Source of the DNA: Dubosiella newyorkensis
Lineage (GTDB): Bacteria > Bacillota_I > Bacilli_A > Erysipelotrichales > Erysipelotrichaceae
DNA length: 32,000 bases
NCBI RefSeq assembly: GCF_001945605.1
Contig: NZ_MPKA01000086.1
Location: forward strand, 60,001-92,000
Direction: 5' to 3'
The translations under genes and the position numbers were made by a program. Shown here in pieces: positions 17,619 through 26,230 of this stretch (within the stretch, counting starts at the first letter, position 1; the number at the start of each line of letters is the position of its first letter). The notes under the pieces were generated by a model. The model saw nothing but the letters and a program-made list of their open reading frames with translations. It did not search any database and had not been told where the DNA came from.

Positions 17619-18712
17619 AAACGTATCCGCTCGAAAGCATATCGCTAAAACAAGCCAAAGAATTTCAATTCAAGATGGTCGACGCGATCACAAAGACTTT
17701 TTCGGGAAAAGAAAGCTTGAGTCGGGGCGATCTAGGAGTCGTTCCTGGCTTGAACAAGCCGAAAACGACATGGAAAGCGGAACAGGCGATCGCGCGCTTT
17801 TTCGATGCCGAAGCGGCGATGCTTGTCCGTGGTTCGGGGACGGGAGCGATCCGTTACGCTCTTTTTGCGACCACGAAACCCAATGGAAAGCTTCTTGTTC
17901 ACTCGGCTCCGATCTACAGCACGACAGAAACTTCGATCCGAATGCTAGGGCTTGTTCCGATCATGGCGGATTTCAACGATCCAGAAATGATCAAACAAGT
18001 CATGCAGGAGAATCCGGATATCGAGGCCGCGCTCATTCAATATACAAGACAGGTTCCAGAGGATCATTACGATATTAAGGAAGTCATCGAGACGATCAAA
18101 GCACAAAAAGAGATCCCGATCGTCACGGATGACAACTACGCGGTGATGAAGGTCAGCAAGATCGGAAGCGAGTGCGGGGCGGATCTTTCGTGCTTTTCCA
18201 CTTTCAAGCTGCAAGGACCCGAGGGAATTGGATGTATTGTCGGAAAGAAAAAATATATAGATGCTTTGATCAAAGAACACTACTCAGGCGGCTCGCAAAC
18301 GCAAGGCTGGGAAGCGATGGAAGTGCTTCGAGGTCTTGTCAGCGCGCCTGTCGCATTAGCTATCCAAGCCGAAGTCAACGAAGAACTGCTTCAAAGAATC
18401 CAAGAGCTGCCGCAAGTCAAAGACGCTTTTCTTGCCAACGCTCAATCTAAAGTGCTAATCGTAGAGTTTCATGAACCGATCGCGCAAAAAGTACTTGAGC
18501 GAGCTGAAAAGCTAGGGGCTTTGCCAAATCCAGTTGGAGCGGAATCAAAATACGAGATCGCGCCGATGTTCTATCGTGTCTCGGGCACGTTCATCAAATC
18601 GGATCCTTCTCGCAAAGATTCGATGATCCGGATCAATCCGAATCGAAGCGGAGCAGATACGATCGTATCGATCTTGAAGCAGGCGCTGGAAAGCGAGGAA
18701 GCATGTTCCTAA
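17615..18712 (+). CDS. yhfS: YhfS-like PLP-dependent (fold-type I) enzyme
   Basis: 365 aa. 'TDDNYAVM' and 'STFKLQGPEG' are the Asp and Schiff-base Lys blocks. ATGA overlap with php. Confidence 0.8.
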   Translation: MKTYPLESISLKQAKEFQFKMVDAITKTFSGKESLSRGDLGVVPGLNKPKTTWKAEQAIARFFDAEAAMLVRGSGTGAIRYALFATTKPNGKLLVHSAPIYSTTETSIRMLGLVPIMADFNDPEMIKQVMQENPDIEAALIQYTRQVPEDHYDIKEVIETIKAQKEIPIVTDDNYAVMKVSKIGSECGADLSCFSTFKLQGPEGIGCIVGKKKYIDALIKEHYSGGSQTQGWEAMEVLRGLVSAPVALAIQAEVNEELLQRIQELPQVKDAFLANAQSKVLIVEFHEPIAQKVLERAEKLGALPNPVGAESKYEIAPMFYRVSGTFIKSDPSRKDSMIRINPNRSGADTIVSILKQALESEEACS

Positions 18713-19878
18713 AAAAAGTAGTGGAAAGAAATCCAAGTCTTGTAGAAGCGGGGTTTCATTTGATGAATACACATACGATCTTGCCAGATACGTATGTCGT
18801 GGATGTCGATCAGTTTGTAGCCAACGCCAAAGCGATCTTAGAAAAAGCCAACCTCTATGGGATTGACTTGTACTTTATGCTCAAGCAGATCGGACGGAAT
18901 CCATACTTAGCCAAAAAGCTAGTCGAGCTCGGGTATCCTGGAGCTGTCGCGGTCGATTATAGGGAAGCGGAAGTGTTGATGGCTCACGACATCCCCATCA
19001 GCAACATTGGACATCTTGTGCAAGTACCGCAAGGCTTTTTAGAAAGAGTCGTAGCGTATGAGCCAGACTACCTCACGGTCTTTTCACTCGATAAGATCGA
19101 GGAGATCGAAAAGATCTGCGCGAAGTTGAACAAAAAACAAAAAGTGCTGCTCAAAGTCGTGGGCGAAGACGATGTATTGTATACGGGCCAGTTTGCCGGC
19201 TTCGAATTGAAAGATCTCGATCAGGTCGTAGAAACGATCAATAAATTCGACCACATTCAAATTGGCGGTGTCACTTCTTTTCCTTGTTTCTTGGTGGATG
19301 AAACGAGCGGGAAGGCAAAGCCCACGCCAAATCTTGAAACGCTTTTGCAGGCCAAAGCGGTCTTAAAAGCGCATGGAATCGAGGATATCAACGTGAATGC
19401 GCCTTCCGCGACTTGTATCGAAACGTTAGAAGAAATGGCAGCGTGCAAATCGATCACGAGCGCAGAACCAGGACACGGTTTATCAGGGACTACACCGCTA
19501 CATGCCCACAGAACTATGAAAGAGATTCCTTGCGTGATCTATATGAGCGAGATCTCGCACAACTTCAAAGAGCACGCGTATAGTTTTGGGGGCGGACATT
19601 ATCGGCGCTCGCATATTCAATATGCTCTTGTTGGAAGATCGCTCAAACAAGCCGAGTGGACGAAAGTCTTGGATCTAGATCCGACGTGTATCGATTATTA
19701 TTTTGAGCTGGAAAGATCGTTTCCGGTTTCATATCCTGTGTGTATGGCGTTTCGGTTTCAGATTTTCGTGACGCGTTCGCATGTAGCGCTTTTGGAAGGT
19801 CTTCATCATGGAGATCGAAAAAGGATCGGTTTGTATGATAGTCAAGGAAGGAGTATCGTATGGGAAGATTTATCGTGA
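18703..19878 (+). CDS. yhfX: YhfX-like alanine-racemase-fold (fold-type III PLP) protein
   Basis: 391 aa with an N-terminal TIM-barrel region containing 'YFMLKQIGRNPY' (candidate PLP Lys). Size and context fit YhfX. Confidence 0.75.
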   Translation: MFLKKVVERNPSLVEAGFHLMNTHTILPDTYVVDVDQFVANAKAILEKANLYGIDLYFMLKQIGRNPYLAKKLVELGYPGAVAVDYREAEVLMAHDIPISNIGHLVQVPQGFLERVVAYEPDYLTVFSLDKIEEIEKICAKLNKKQKVLLKVVGEDDVLYTGQFAGFELKDLDQVVETINKFDHIQIGGVTSFPCFLVDETSGKAKPTPNLETLLQAKAVLKAHGIEDINVNAPSATCIETLEEMAACKSITSAEPGHGLSGTTPLHAHRTMKEIPCVIYMSEISHNFKEHAYSFGGGHYRRSHIQYALVGRSLKQAEWTKVLDLDPTCIDYYFELERSFPVSYPVCMAFRFQIFVTRSHVALLEGLHHGDRKRIGLYDSQGRSIVWEDLS

Positions 19879-21065
19879 TCGTCCTCGATGGGTTCGGGAT
19901 GCAGGCGATGAAGGATGCGGCGATCGTTCGCCCAGGGGATGAAAACAGCAGCACGCTAGGCAGCTTGCTTCATGATTTTCCTGATCTTAAGCTGCCCACT
20001 TTAGAATATCTTGGTTTGATGAACGCGTTTGGTCAGGAAAGTAGGGCGATGAAGTTTTCTTCTTCGGCTTCCTTTGGACGATGTGAGCTGATGCATTTTG
20101 GAGCGGACACGTTTCAAGGGCATCAAGAGATCATGGGAACCAAGCCGAAAAAGCCTGAAGTGCATGATTTTCAACAAAAGATCTACGAAATCGAGAAGAT
20201 CTTGCTTTCCAATGGGCATCAAGTCGAGCGTCTTGGCGAGAAAGGATTGGAGTACTTGCTGGTGGATCAATATTGCACGGTGGCGGATAATATCGATTCG
20301 GATCTAGGGATGGCGTATAATTGCACGGCTCCTCTTGATTTTCTTTCTTTTGATCAAGAGATGGAGATCGCGCGTCTTGTTCGAAGTGTTGTTTTTGTCA
20401 ACCGGGTCATCGCTTTTGGCGGGACAGGGAATACGATCGAAGATATTTTAAAGGCTGAACAAGTGCGGGAAGGAAAATATATTGGTTTGCTCGCTTCCGC
20501 GACAAAGTCGTATGAGCAAGGGTATGAATGCCGGCATCTTGGCTATGGTGTCGATCCAAGCGTGCAGGCGCCCATGATCTTAGGCAAGGCTAGCATTCCC
20601 GTGTCTTTGTTTGGCAAAGTGGCGGATATCGTTCATAACGAGTATGGCAAATCGGTTTCAATGGTGGATACAGCCAAGGTGCTTGATCTTACGATCGAAG
20701 AAATGAAAACGATGGAGCATGGGTTTATTTGCACGAATGTGCAGGAAACCGATCTAGCGGGGCATTCGCAAGATCCGCTCCGGTATAAAGAGGTGCTTGA
20801 GATCGCGGATCAAAAGCTAAGACAAATTGTCGAGTTGGTGAATGAAGAGGATGTGCTCGTGGTCATGGCGGATCATGGCAACGATCCGGACATTGGCCAC
20901 AACAAGCATACAAGGGAGAACGTCCCTCTGCTCGTGAAAGCTAGAAAGGAAGGGGTCGATCTTGGTTTGCGCGCCTCTCTTTCGGATGTGGGCGCGAGCG
21001 TGTGCGATTATTTTGGGGTTGAGGCTCCAGAAAATGGGACGTCGTTCTTGCCTTTGATTCGATGA
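19860..21065 (+). CDS. yhfW: YhfW-like phosphopentomutase/alkaline-phosphatase-superfamily mutase
   Basis: 'IVIVLDGFG', 'ETDLAGHSQD' and 'ADHGNDP' are the metal-binding blocks of phosphopentomutase-type enzymes. Confidence 0.85.
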   Translation: MGRFIVIVLDGFGMQAMKDAAIVRPGDENSSTLGSLLHDFPDLKLPTLEYLGLMNAFGQESRAMKFSSSASFGRCELMHFGADTFQGHQEIMGTKPKKPEVHDFQQKIYEIEKILLSNGHQVERLGEKGLEYLLVDQYCTVADNIDSDLGMAYNCTAPLDFLSFDQEMEIARLVRSVVFVNRVIAFGGTGNTIEDILKAEQVREGKYIGLLASATKSYEQGYECRHLGYGVDPSVQAPMILGKASIPVSLFGKVADIVHNEYGKSVSMVDTAKVLDLTIEEMKTMEHGFICTNVQETDLAGHSQDPLRYKEVLEIADQKLRQIVELVNEEDVLVVMADHGNDPDIGHNKHTRENVPLLVKARKEGVDLGLRASLSDVGASVCDYFGVEAPENGTSFLPLIR

Positions 21066-21793
21066 AAGCGTCATGGAGCGAAGGATCGCTTGCGGATGCG
21101 ATCGTCTTGGCGGGATCGATCTTGTTGGAGAACGGAGCGGAAACGCGTCGGATCGAGGATACGATGTTTCGGCTGGCTCATGTCTATGGGGCAGAAGAGA
21201 TCGAGACGTACGCGACACCAGGCATGTTGATGGTTTCCTTTTCCTACCATGGAAAGAGTGTCTGGAGGATGAGGCGGACAAGAGTTCGTTCGACAGATCT
21301 TGAAAAGATCGATCAGATCAATTCTCTATCGCGTCTCGCTTCAGCCAACGCACTCCCTTTAACCCAATTGGTTCAAGAATTGAAGCGCGTGCAAGAAGGG
21401 GCGGGTGTTGAAAACAAGCAGTTCATTTTGGGGGCTGCCACTTCTTCTTTCGGATTCGCGCTTCTTTTTCATGCTTCCTTCTATCAAGCTTGTATGGCGG
21501 GGATCCTAGGAGGGACTTGTGGTTTATTCTTGCAAAGATCGAAAGCGAAGGGTGTGTTCAAGAACTTGATGGCGAGCGCTTTTATTTCCTTTTTTGCTTC
21601 TTTCGCTCATTCTAAGCTTATATTGTTGGGGGCTCTTATGATCTTGGTTCCAGGGATGCTTTTGACCAACGCTTTGCGGGATATCGTGAATGGAGACCCG
21701 ATTTCGGGAATGTCAAGGCTTGGGGAGGCGATCACGATCGCGGCCTCGATCGCTTTGGGTAATTTGGCGATTCAAATGCTGGGGTGTTTTTGA
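21062..21793 (+). CDS. Threonine/serine-exporter family protein, N-terminal-type subunit (YjjP/ThrE_1-like)
   Basis: 'LENGAETRRIEDTM' is the hallmark start of the ThrE/DUF1212 family, followed by hydrophobic helices. ATGA overlap with yhfW. Confidence 0.8.
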   Translation: MKASWSEGSLADAIVLAGSILLENGAETRRIEDTMFRLAHVYGAEEIETYATPGMLMVSFSYHGKSVWRMRRTRVRSTDLEKIDQINSLSRLASANALPLTQLVQELKRVQEGAGVENKQFILGAATSSFGFALLFHASFYQACMAGILGGTCGLFLQRSKAKGVFKNLMASAFISFFASFAHSKLILLGALMILVPGMLLTNALRDIVNGDPISGMSRLGEAITIAASIALGNLAIQMLGCF

Positions 21794-22209
21794 TGAAAGG
21801 GGTCATTGGCGCTTTTTTGGGCGCTCTGGGGTTTGGCTTGATGTATCATCTTTCGGGGAAGAAGCTTTGGTGGACGGCGCTTTGTGGAGGGGTTGGTCAG
21901 TTTATTTGCTTGCTTGTTTCAAGATGGACAGATTCGGCGATGGCTCCCATGTTGGTGGCCGCCTTTTGTGTCAATAGCTTTGCGGAAATCTTGGCTCGTC
22001 GATTGAAGGCGCCTGTGATCGTGTTTTTGGTGTGCGCTCTGATTCCGCTCGTTCCTGGAAAAGGGATCTATGAAGCGTTGTTGTGTTGTTTAAGCGAAAA
22101 TGGCGCGAGCATGGAGGCGGCATCGAAAACATTGCTGGAAGCTTCGGGGATCGTGGCTGGTTGCGCGATCAGTTCGTGGTTGTTTTATCGGAAATCAAGT
22201 GAAGAATGA
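21793..22209 (+). CDS. Threonine/serine-exporter family protein, C-terminal-type subunit (YjjB/ThrE_2-like)
   Basis: 138 aa with 4-5 helices. Its ATG shares one nt with the preceding TGA (TGATG). This is the typical partner of the YjjP-like subunit. Confidence 0.75.
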   Translation: MKGVIGAFLGALGFGLMYHLSGKKLWWTALCGGVGQFICLLVSRWTDSAMAPMLVAAFCVNSFAEILARRLKAPVIVFLVCALIPLVPGKGIYEALLCCLSENGASMEAASKTLLEASGIVAGCAISSWLFYRKSSEE

Positions 22210-22234
22210 ATATGTCTAAGGCAAATTGAGATTG

Positions 22235-22275
22235 GCCGCTTATTCTTAATCCTCATTAAGAGTAAGCGGCTTTTG
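22235..22275 (+). terminator. Rho-independent terminator ending the yhf/php operon
   Basis: A 13-bp stem gccgcttattctt / aagagtaagcggc (one G-U pair), a 10-nt loop, then TTTT. Confidence 0.6.
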
Positions 22276-22276
22276 C

Positions 22277-22318
22277 TTGTCTTCAAGAGTCGTGTCACTA
22301 TAAAATATCTTAAGATAT
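22277..22318 (+). promoter_or_regulatory. Promoter plus palindromic TetR operator candidate
   Basis: TTGTCT (22277-22282), a 16-nt spacer, then TATAAA (22299-22304). The perfect 14-bp palindrome ATATCTTAAGATAT (22305-22318) follows directly. Confidence 0.45.
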
Positions 22319-22353
22319 ATATCGTAGGATATTTCATAGAAAAGAGGAGCGAT

Positions 22354-22926
22354 ATGCCACCAAGACGAAAAATAACGAAAGAAATGCTGTTAGACCATGC
22401 TTTTCAAATAGCTGAAAGTAAGGGAATTTCTGCTGTAACCTCACGAAGCGTTGCAAAATCGGTAGGATGTTCTGTTCAGCCTGTTTTTAGCCAGTTTCCA
22501 ACTATGGAAGAACTGCGGCAAGCGACCTTTGATTATGCGTGTAATAAGTTTGTAGACGAGGTATTAGTTTTTGAAAATCAGCCCGACTTTATGCTTAAAG
22601 TAGTTTCATGAACAATAGACCTTGCTCGAAACAGACCACACTTATACCGTTTGCTTTATTTGTCGGGCGGTTTTCAAGGAAAAACCCTAATGGAATCTAT
22701 GATGACGTATGAAAGCAATCAAAAAATGATAGCAAAAATGACAGAACTATACGGATTGGACACAGAAAACTGCAAAGATATTCTAATGCGTAGCTGTTTA
22801 TTCCTATTGGGAATCGGAACAATGATTTGTGAAAATCACTTTTCTTATACAGACGAACAGATTTCCCAAATGATGAAGCAGACGGTTGCGGATCTGGTGC
22901 AGGGAGCAAAGAGGCGCAGCATATGA
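22354..22926 (+). pseudogene. TetR/AcrR family regulator interrupted by one in-frame TGA (22609-22611)
   Basis: The N-terminal HTH is 'ISAVTSRSVAKSVGCSVQPVFSQFPT'. The ORFs 22354-22611 and 22651-22926 are in the same frame, and the reading '..MLKVVS*TIDLARNRPHLYRLLYLS..' is continuous. Confidence 0.75.
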
Positions 22927-24269
22927 AACAAATCGGATTATTGAGGGCATTGGCACTGACACGCAAGGCGAACAAAATGAGTAATCAAGAGCGGATTGCT
23001 TTGCAGCAACGCCGCTTGAAGGAGCTAATTGCCTATGCGAGGAAAAATAGCTCATACTTTTCGAAGCTGTATAAAGGCATTGATAAGGACTGTCCTTTAT
23101 CAGAATATCCGACTACTAATAAGGCGGATATGGCAAAGCACTTTGACGAATGGTTTACAGATCGTTCGATCACAAGGGACATTGTAGATAGTTTTATGTC
23201 AGACCTTTCCAATGTGGGGAAGAAATTAAACGGAAAATATCTGGTTTACACCACTTCTGGCTCAACTGGAACTCCTTGTATTGTCCTATATGATGACACA
23301 ACTATCAATGTTTCCTCTGCGATTGGTGTTTTACGCAGTTTTGCAAGGAAAGAAGATATGAGGTTGTTTATGCAGTCGGGCGGAAAAGCCCTTGCCCTTT
23401 TTGCCGACAACGGTTTTTATCTTGGAAGCGGCTCAGGCAAGTATCAGCTTCGTAAAATGCCATGGAAGAAAAGAAAAATGAAAGCCTTGGATGTTCGAAA
23501 ATCGAATTCCGAAATTATTGCTTTGTTGAATGCGTACCAGCCATCTATGATTGGCTGCTATCCTTCCGCGATGGAAATACTGGCTGCCAAACAGGAAAAG
23601 GGAAATTTGCATATTCGACCAGCCATGATCATGACGGGTGGAGAAAAGCTGAACGACGATGTACGGGAATATTTGTCCAAAGTGTTCGGCTGTTATGTGC
23701 AGACCAATTATTCTTGTACGAAGGGAGGCACAGTTGCTTGCGAATGTACCGAAAGACACTTCCATATAAACGATGATTGGATAATTGTTGAAGCTGTTGA
23801 CGAAAACAATCAGCCTGTTCCGTTTGGAACCCAGTCAGCAAAGGTATTACTTACAAATCTTGCGAATAAGATATGCCCTATCATCCGTTTTGAAATAACG
23901 GATAGGATTATTCTTCATAAAGAACCATGCGCGTGTGGCAATTCCAGACCGTGGCTTACTTTAGAAGGTAGAACAGATGACATTCTGGTATTTGGGAATG
24001 GCATCAAGTTTGCTCCGCTACCTCTCTATGCCATATTAAAAGAAGTTCAAGGAATAGAAAGGTTTCAACTTATCCAACATGTGAATGACCGTTTGGAGCT
24101 GTGGCTGATAGCCAAGAACAAACAGGAACAATTTGCGAAAGCAAAACAAGCGATCGAAGCGCATTTGCGTCAGAATGGAGTAGATGCCAAGATTTATTTA
24201 TCAAACAGTGATCCCTCTGCAGATCCAATAAGTGGAAAATTCAAACATGTTGTCGCAAAGAAGAGCTGA
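22923..24269 (+). CDS. Phenylacetate-CoA-ligase-family (PaaK / coenzyme F390 synthetase-like) adenylate-forming enzyme
   Basis: 448 aa with the 'TTSGSTGTP' P-loop, 'MTGGEKL', and the N-terminal 'QQRRLKELIAYARKNSSYFSKLY' typical of the PaaK-like clade. ATGA overlap with the TetR gene. Confidence 0.8.
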   Translation: MKQIGLLRALALTRKANKMSNQERIALQQRRLKELIAYARKNSSYFSKLYKGIDKDCPLSEYPTTNKADMAKHFDEWFTDRSITRDIVDSFMSDLSNVGKKLNGKYLVYTTSGSTGTPCIVLYDDTTINVSSAIGVLRSFARKEDMRLFMQSGGKALALFADNGFYLGSGSGKYQLRKMPWKKRKMKALDVRKSNSEIIALLNAYQPSMIGCYPSAMEILAAKQEKGNLHIRPAMIMTGGEKLNDDVREYLSKVFGCYVQTNYSCTKGGTVACECTERHFHINDDWIIVEAVDENNQPVPFGTQSAKVLLTNLANKICPIIRFEITDRIILHKEPCACGNSRPWLTLEGRTDDILVFGNGIKFAPLPLYAILKEVQGIERFQLIQHVNDRLELWLIAKNKQEQFAKAKQAIEAHLRQNGVDAKIYLSNSDPSADPISGKFKHVVAKKS

Positions 24270-24339
24270 TGCTTGATCGAAAAGAAAAGCGAAGTTCCCA
24301 TTCATGAATAGGATCTTCGCTTCTTTTATTTTGATTATA

Positions 24340-24645
24340 TCAGACAAGAACGACGTCGCGGATGCCTGGGACTTCATCGAGAAGCAATAGGCGGATCCCA
24401 GACGAGAAATCATCGGCGGCCATCATACAGCCGGCGCATGCGCCTCGAAACGAGACATAGGCTACATTTTGTTCGTCGATGCCTAAAAGTTCGATATCGC
24501 CTCCATCGTGCTGGATGTAGGGGCGGATCTTATCGAGGCATTGTTCGACTTCTTCTTCGGAAACGAGGATGTTGGCTTCTTCGTTTTCTTTCGCTTCTTT
24601 TTCGAGTGATTGTTCTAGCGTTTCTGTTTTATTTTCTTCAGACAT
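24340..24645 (-). CDS. NifU-like (Nfu C-terminal domain) Fe-S cluster protein
   Basis: 'IRPYIQHDGGDIELLGI...VSFRGACAGCMMA' is the CxxC Nfu motif. The ATG at 24645 has GGAGG upstream. Confidence 0.85.
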   Translation of the reverse strand: MSEENKTETLEQSLEKEAKENEEANILVSEEEVEQCLDKIRPYIQHDGGDIELLGIDEQNVAYVSFRGACAGCMMAADDFSSGIRLLLLDEVPGIRDVVLV

Positions 24646-24655
24646 ACTGTACCTC

Positions 24656-25120
24656 CTACGCAATAAACATCGGCAGCAGGATCATCGGCACGATCAAGCC
24701 GACAAAAAAGCCGCCGAGAACTTCGATTCCTTTATGACCTAAGATCGATTTGAGTTTTTCTTGATATATAGGGTCGTCTAGATTGAGTCCGACCATCGTT
24801 TTTAAGTCTTTGATCAACTGTTGGGTCAACGCGATGTTTTTTCCGCTGTAATATCGAACGTGACAGGCATCATACATGACGATCAACGAAAAGATGCATG
24901 TGACATCGAATATTGCGGAATCAAAACCTTCTTGGATCCCGATCGCTAAAGACAAGGCGGTGACGGTCGAGGAGTGGGAGCTTGGAAAGCCGCCGCTCAT
25001 CAAGACCCAATGAAGATCCCAGGATCCAGTCCGGTAATAGTATACAAATGTTTTGGCGACTTGCGCAACCAAATTCGCGAGCAGAGCGCTGATCAAAGGG
25101 AACAGGGATGCAGGTAACAT
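24656..25120 (-). CDS. Divergent PAP2 / DUF212 (YuiD-like) membrane protein
   Basis: 154 aa. 'SGGFPSSHSSTVTAL' matches the acid-phosphatase/vanadium-haloperoxidase-related family. Confidence 0.8.
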   Translation of the reverse strand: MLPASLFPLISALLANLVAQVAKTFVYYYRTGSWDLHWVLMSGGFPSSHSSTVTALSLAIGIQEGFDSAIFDVTCIFSLIVMYDACHVRYYSGKNIALTQQLIKDLKTMVGLNLDDPIYQEKLKSILGHKGIEVLGGFFVGLIVPMILLPMFIA

Positions 25121-25143
25121 TCGATCATCTCCTAAATGTCATT

Positions 25144-25152
25144 ATTATACCA
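25144..25152 (-). promoter_or_regulatory. Extended -10 promoter element for the DUF212/nfu operon
   Basis: The minus strand reads TGGTATAAT about 25 nt upstream of the AGGAG RBS. There is no good -35. Confidence 0.35.
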
Positions 25153-25235
25153 TACTTGGGTTAGGATCGATGGTTTAGACACTAGAATCGTTTATAATAC
25201 TAATGAAATACTATTGAATAGAAAGAAGGAGATCT

Positions 25236-26162
25236 ATGGCTGTATTCGTGATCGGTTCAATGAATATCGATATGTTTTTTGATGTGGATCATTTTGTTCG
25301 CGCTAAAGAAACGCTTTTGCCTGATCGGTGCGAAGTGCTTCCAGGAGGAAAAGGGTTGAATCAGGCATGCGCTTGCTCGAAAGCGGGAGCGAAGACGTTC
25401 ATGGCTGGAAAGATCGGAAGCGATAGAAAAATACTTCTTGACGCTCTGAATCAAGCTCGAGTCGATGCTCGATTCGTTCAGATCGACGAGAATGACATGA
25501 GCGGAAGAGCGATCATTCAAAGAGATCCTAGTGGCGAGAATTGTATTTTATTGGTTCCTGGACTCAATCACGCTTTAGAGTGTGAGGATTTTGAAAATGT
25601 GTTGGAGAAGATTGGCGAGAATGATATTGTCCTACTTCAAAACGAGATCTCGAATTTGTGTGTCCTAGCTAAATTGTTAAAGGAAAAAGGAGCGTTCGTA
25701 GTGTTCAATCCTGCGCCAGTTACGGATTCGATTCCAAAAGACCTTTCGTTTGTTTCTATTCTTGTGGTCAATGAAGTGGAGATCGAACAGCTACTTTCGA
25801 AAACAGGAGATCCAAAGAAGTTGTGCGAGGAATGGCTTGGATCCTATCCAGATTCTTCGATCGTTCTGACTTTATCGAACCATGGATCGATGTTCGCGAA
25901 CCGGAATCAAATGTTGTTCATGCCTTCCTTTCCGGTCAACGCCATCGATACGACTGGCGCAGGAGATACTTATATTGGCTATTTTTGCGCGCTTCTCGAT
26001 CAAGGATCCGAAATCGAGAGCGCGCTCCAGTTCGCTTCGGCGGCCGCTGCGCTTTCGGTCACAAGAGCAGGGGCGGCTACTTCGATCCCGGAACGAAAGG
26101 AAGTGGAAGCTTTGATCGAGAAAAGCGATATCCTATGCCAAAGAGCGAATCAAATGGTCTAG
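25236..26162 (+). CDS. rbsK: Ribokinase (PfkB family)
   Basis: 'VIGSMNIDM', 'LPGGKGLNQACA' and 'DTTGAGDTYIG' are ribokinase signatures. Confidence 0.75.
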   Translation: MAVFVIGSMNIDMFFDVDHFVRAKETLLPDRCEVLPGGKGLNQACACSKAGAKTFMAGKIGSDRKILLDALNQARVDARFVQIDENDMSGRAIIQRDPSGENCILLVPGLNHALECEDFENVLEKIGENDIVLLQNEISNLCVLAKLLKEKGAFVVFNPAPVTDSIPKDLSFVSILVVNEVEIEQLLSKTGDPKKLCEEWLGSYPDSSIVLTLSNHGSMFANRNQMLFMPSFPVNAIDTTGAGDTYIGYFCALLDQGSEIESALQFASAAAALSVTRAGAATSIPERKEVEALIEKSDILCQRANQMV

Positions 26163-26191
26163 GACTTATTGTTTTTAAAAAGGAGTGTAAA

Positions 26192-26200
26192 TGGTATAAT
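26192..26200 (+). promoter_or_regulatory. Extended -10 element upstream of pgi
   Basis: TGGTATAAT lies 31 nt before the pgi ATG. There is no clear -35. Confidence 0.3.
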
Positions 26201-26230
26201 AAGAAAAATGGTACGAAGGGAGAATAACGA

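Noticed and set aside
20817-21281. 154-aa minus-strand ORF spanning the yhfW / ThrE junction
   Set aside because: It is entirely antisense to two well-supported coupled genes. Its Arg/Ser/Pro-rich, low-complexity translation is typical of a shadow frame, and it has no RBS.
22609-22611. In-frame TGA of the TetR gene as evidence of TGA=Trp recoding (genetic code 4) or selenocysteine
   Set aside because: TGA clearly terminates several well-supported genes here, including the ABC ATPase (332-334), yhfU (15734-15736) and yhfW (21063-21065). I saw no SECIS-like hairpin after the codon. A simple nonsense mutation or a sequencing error is more likely.
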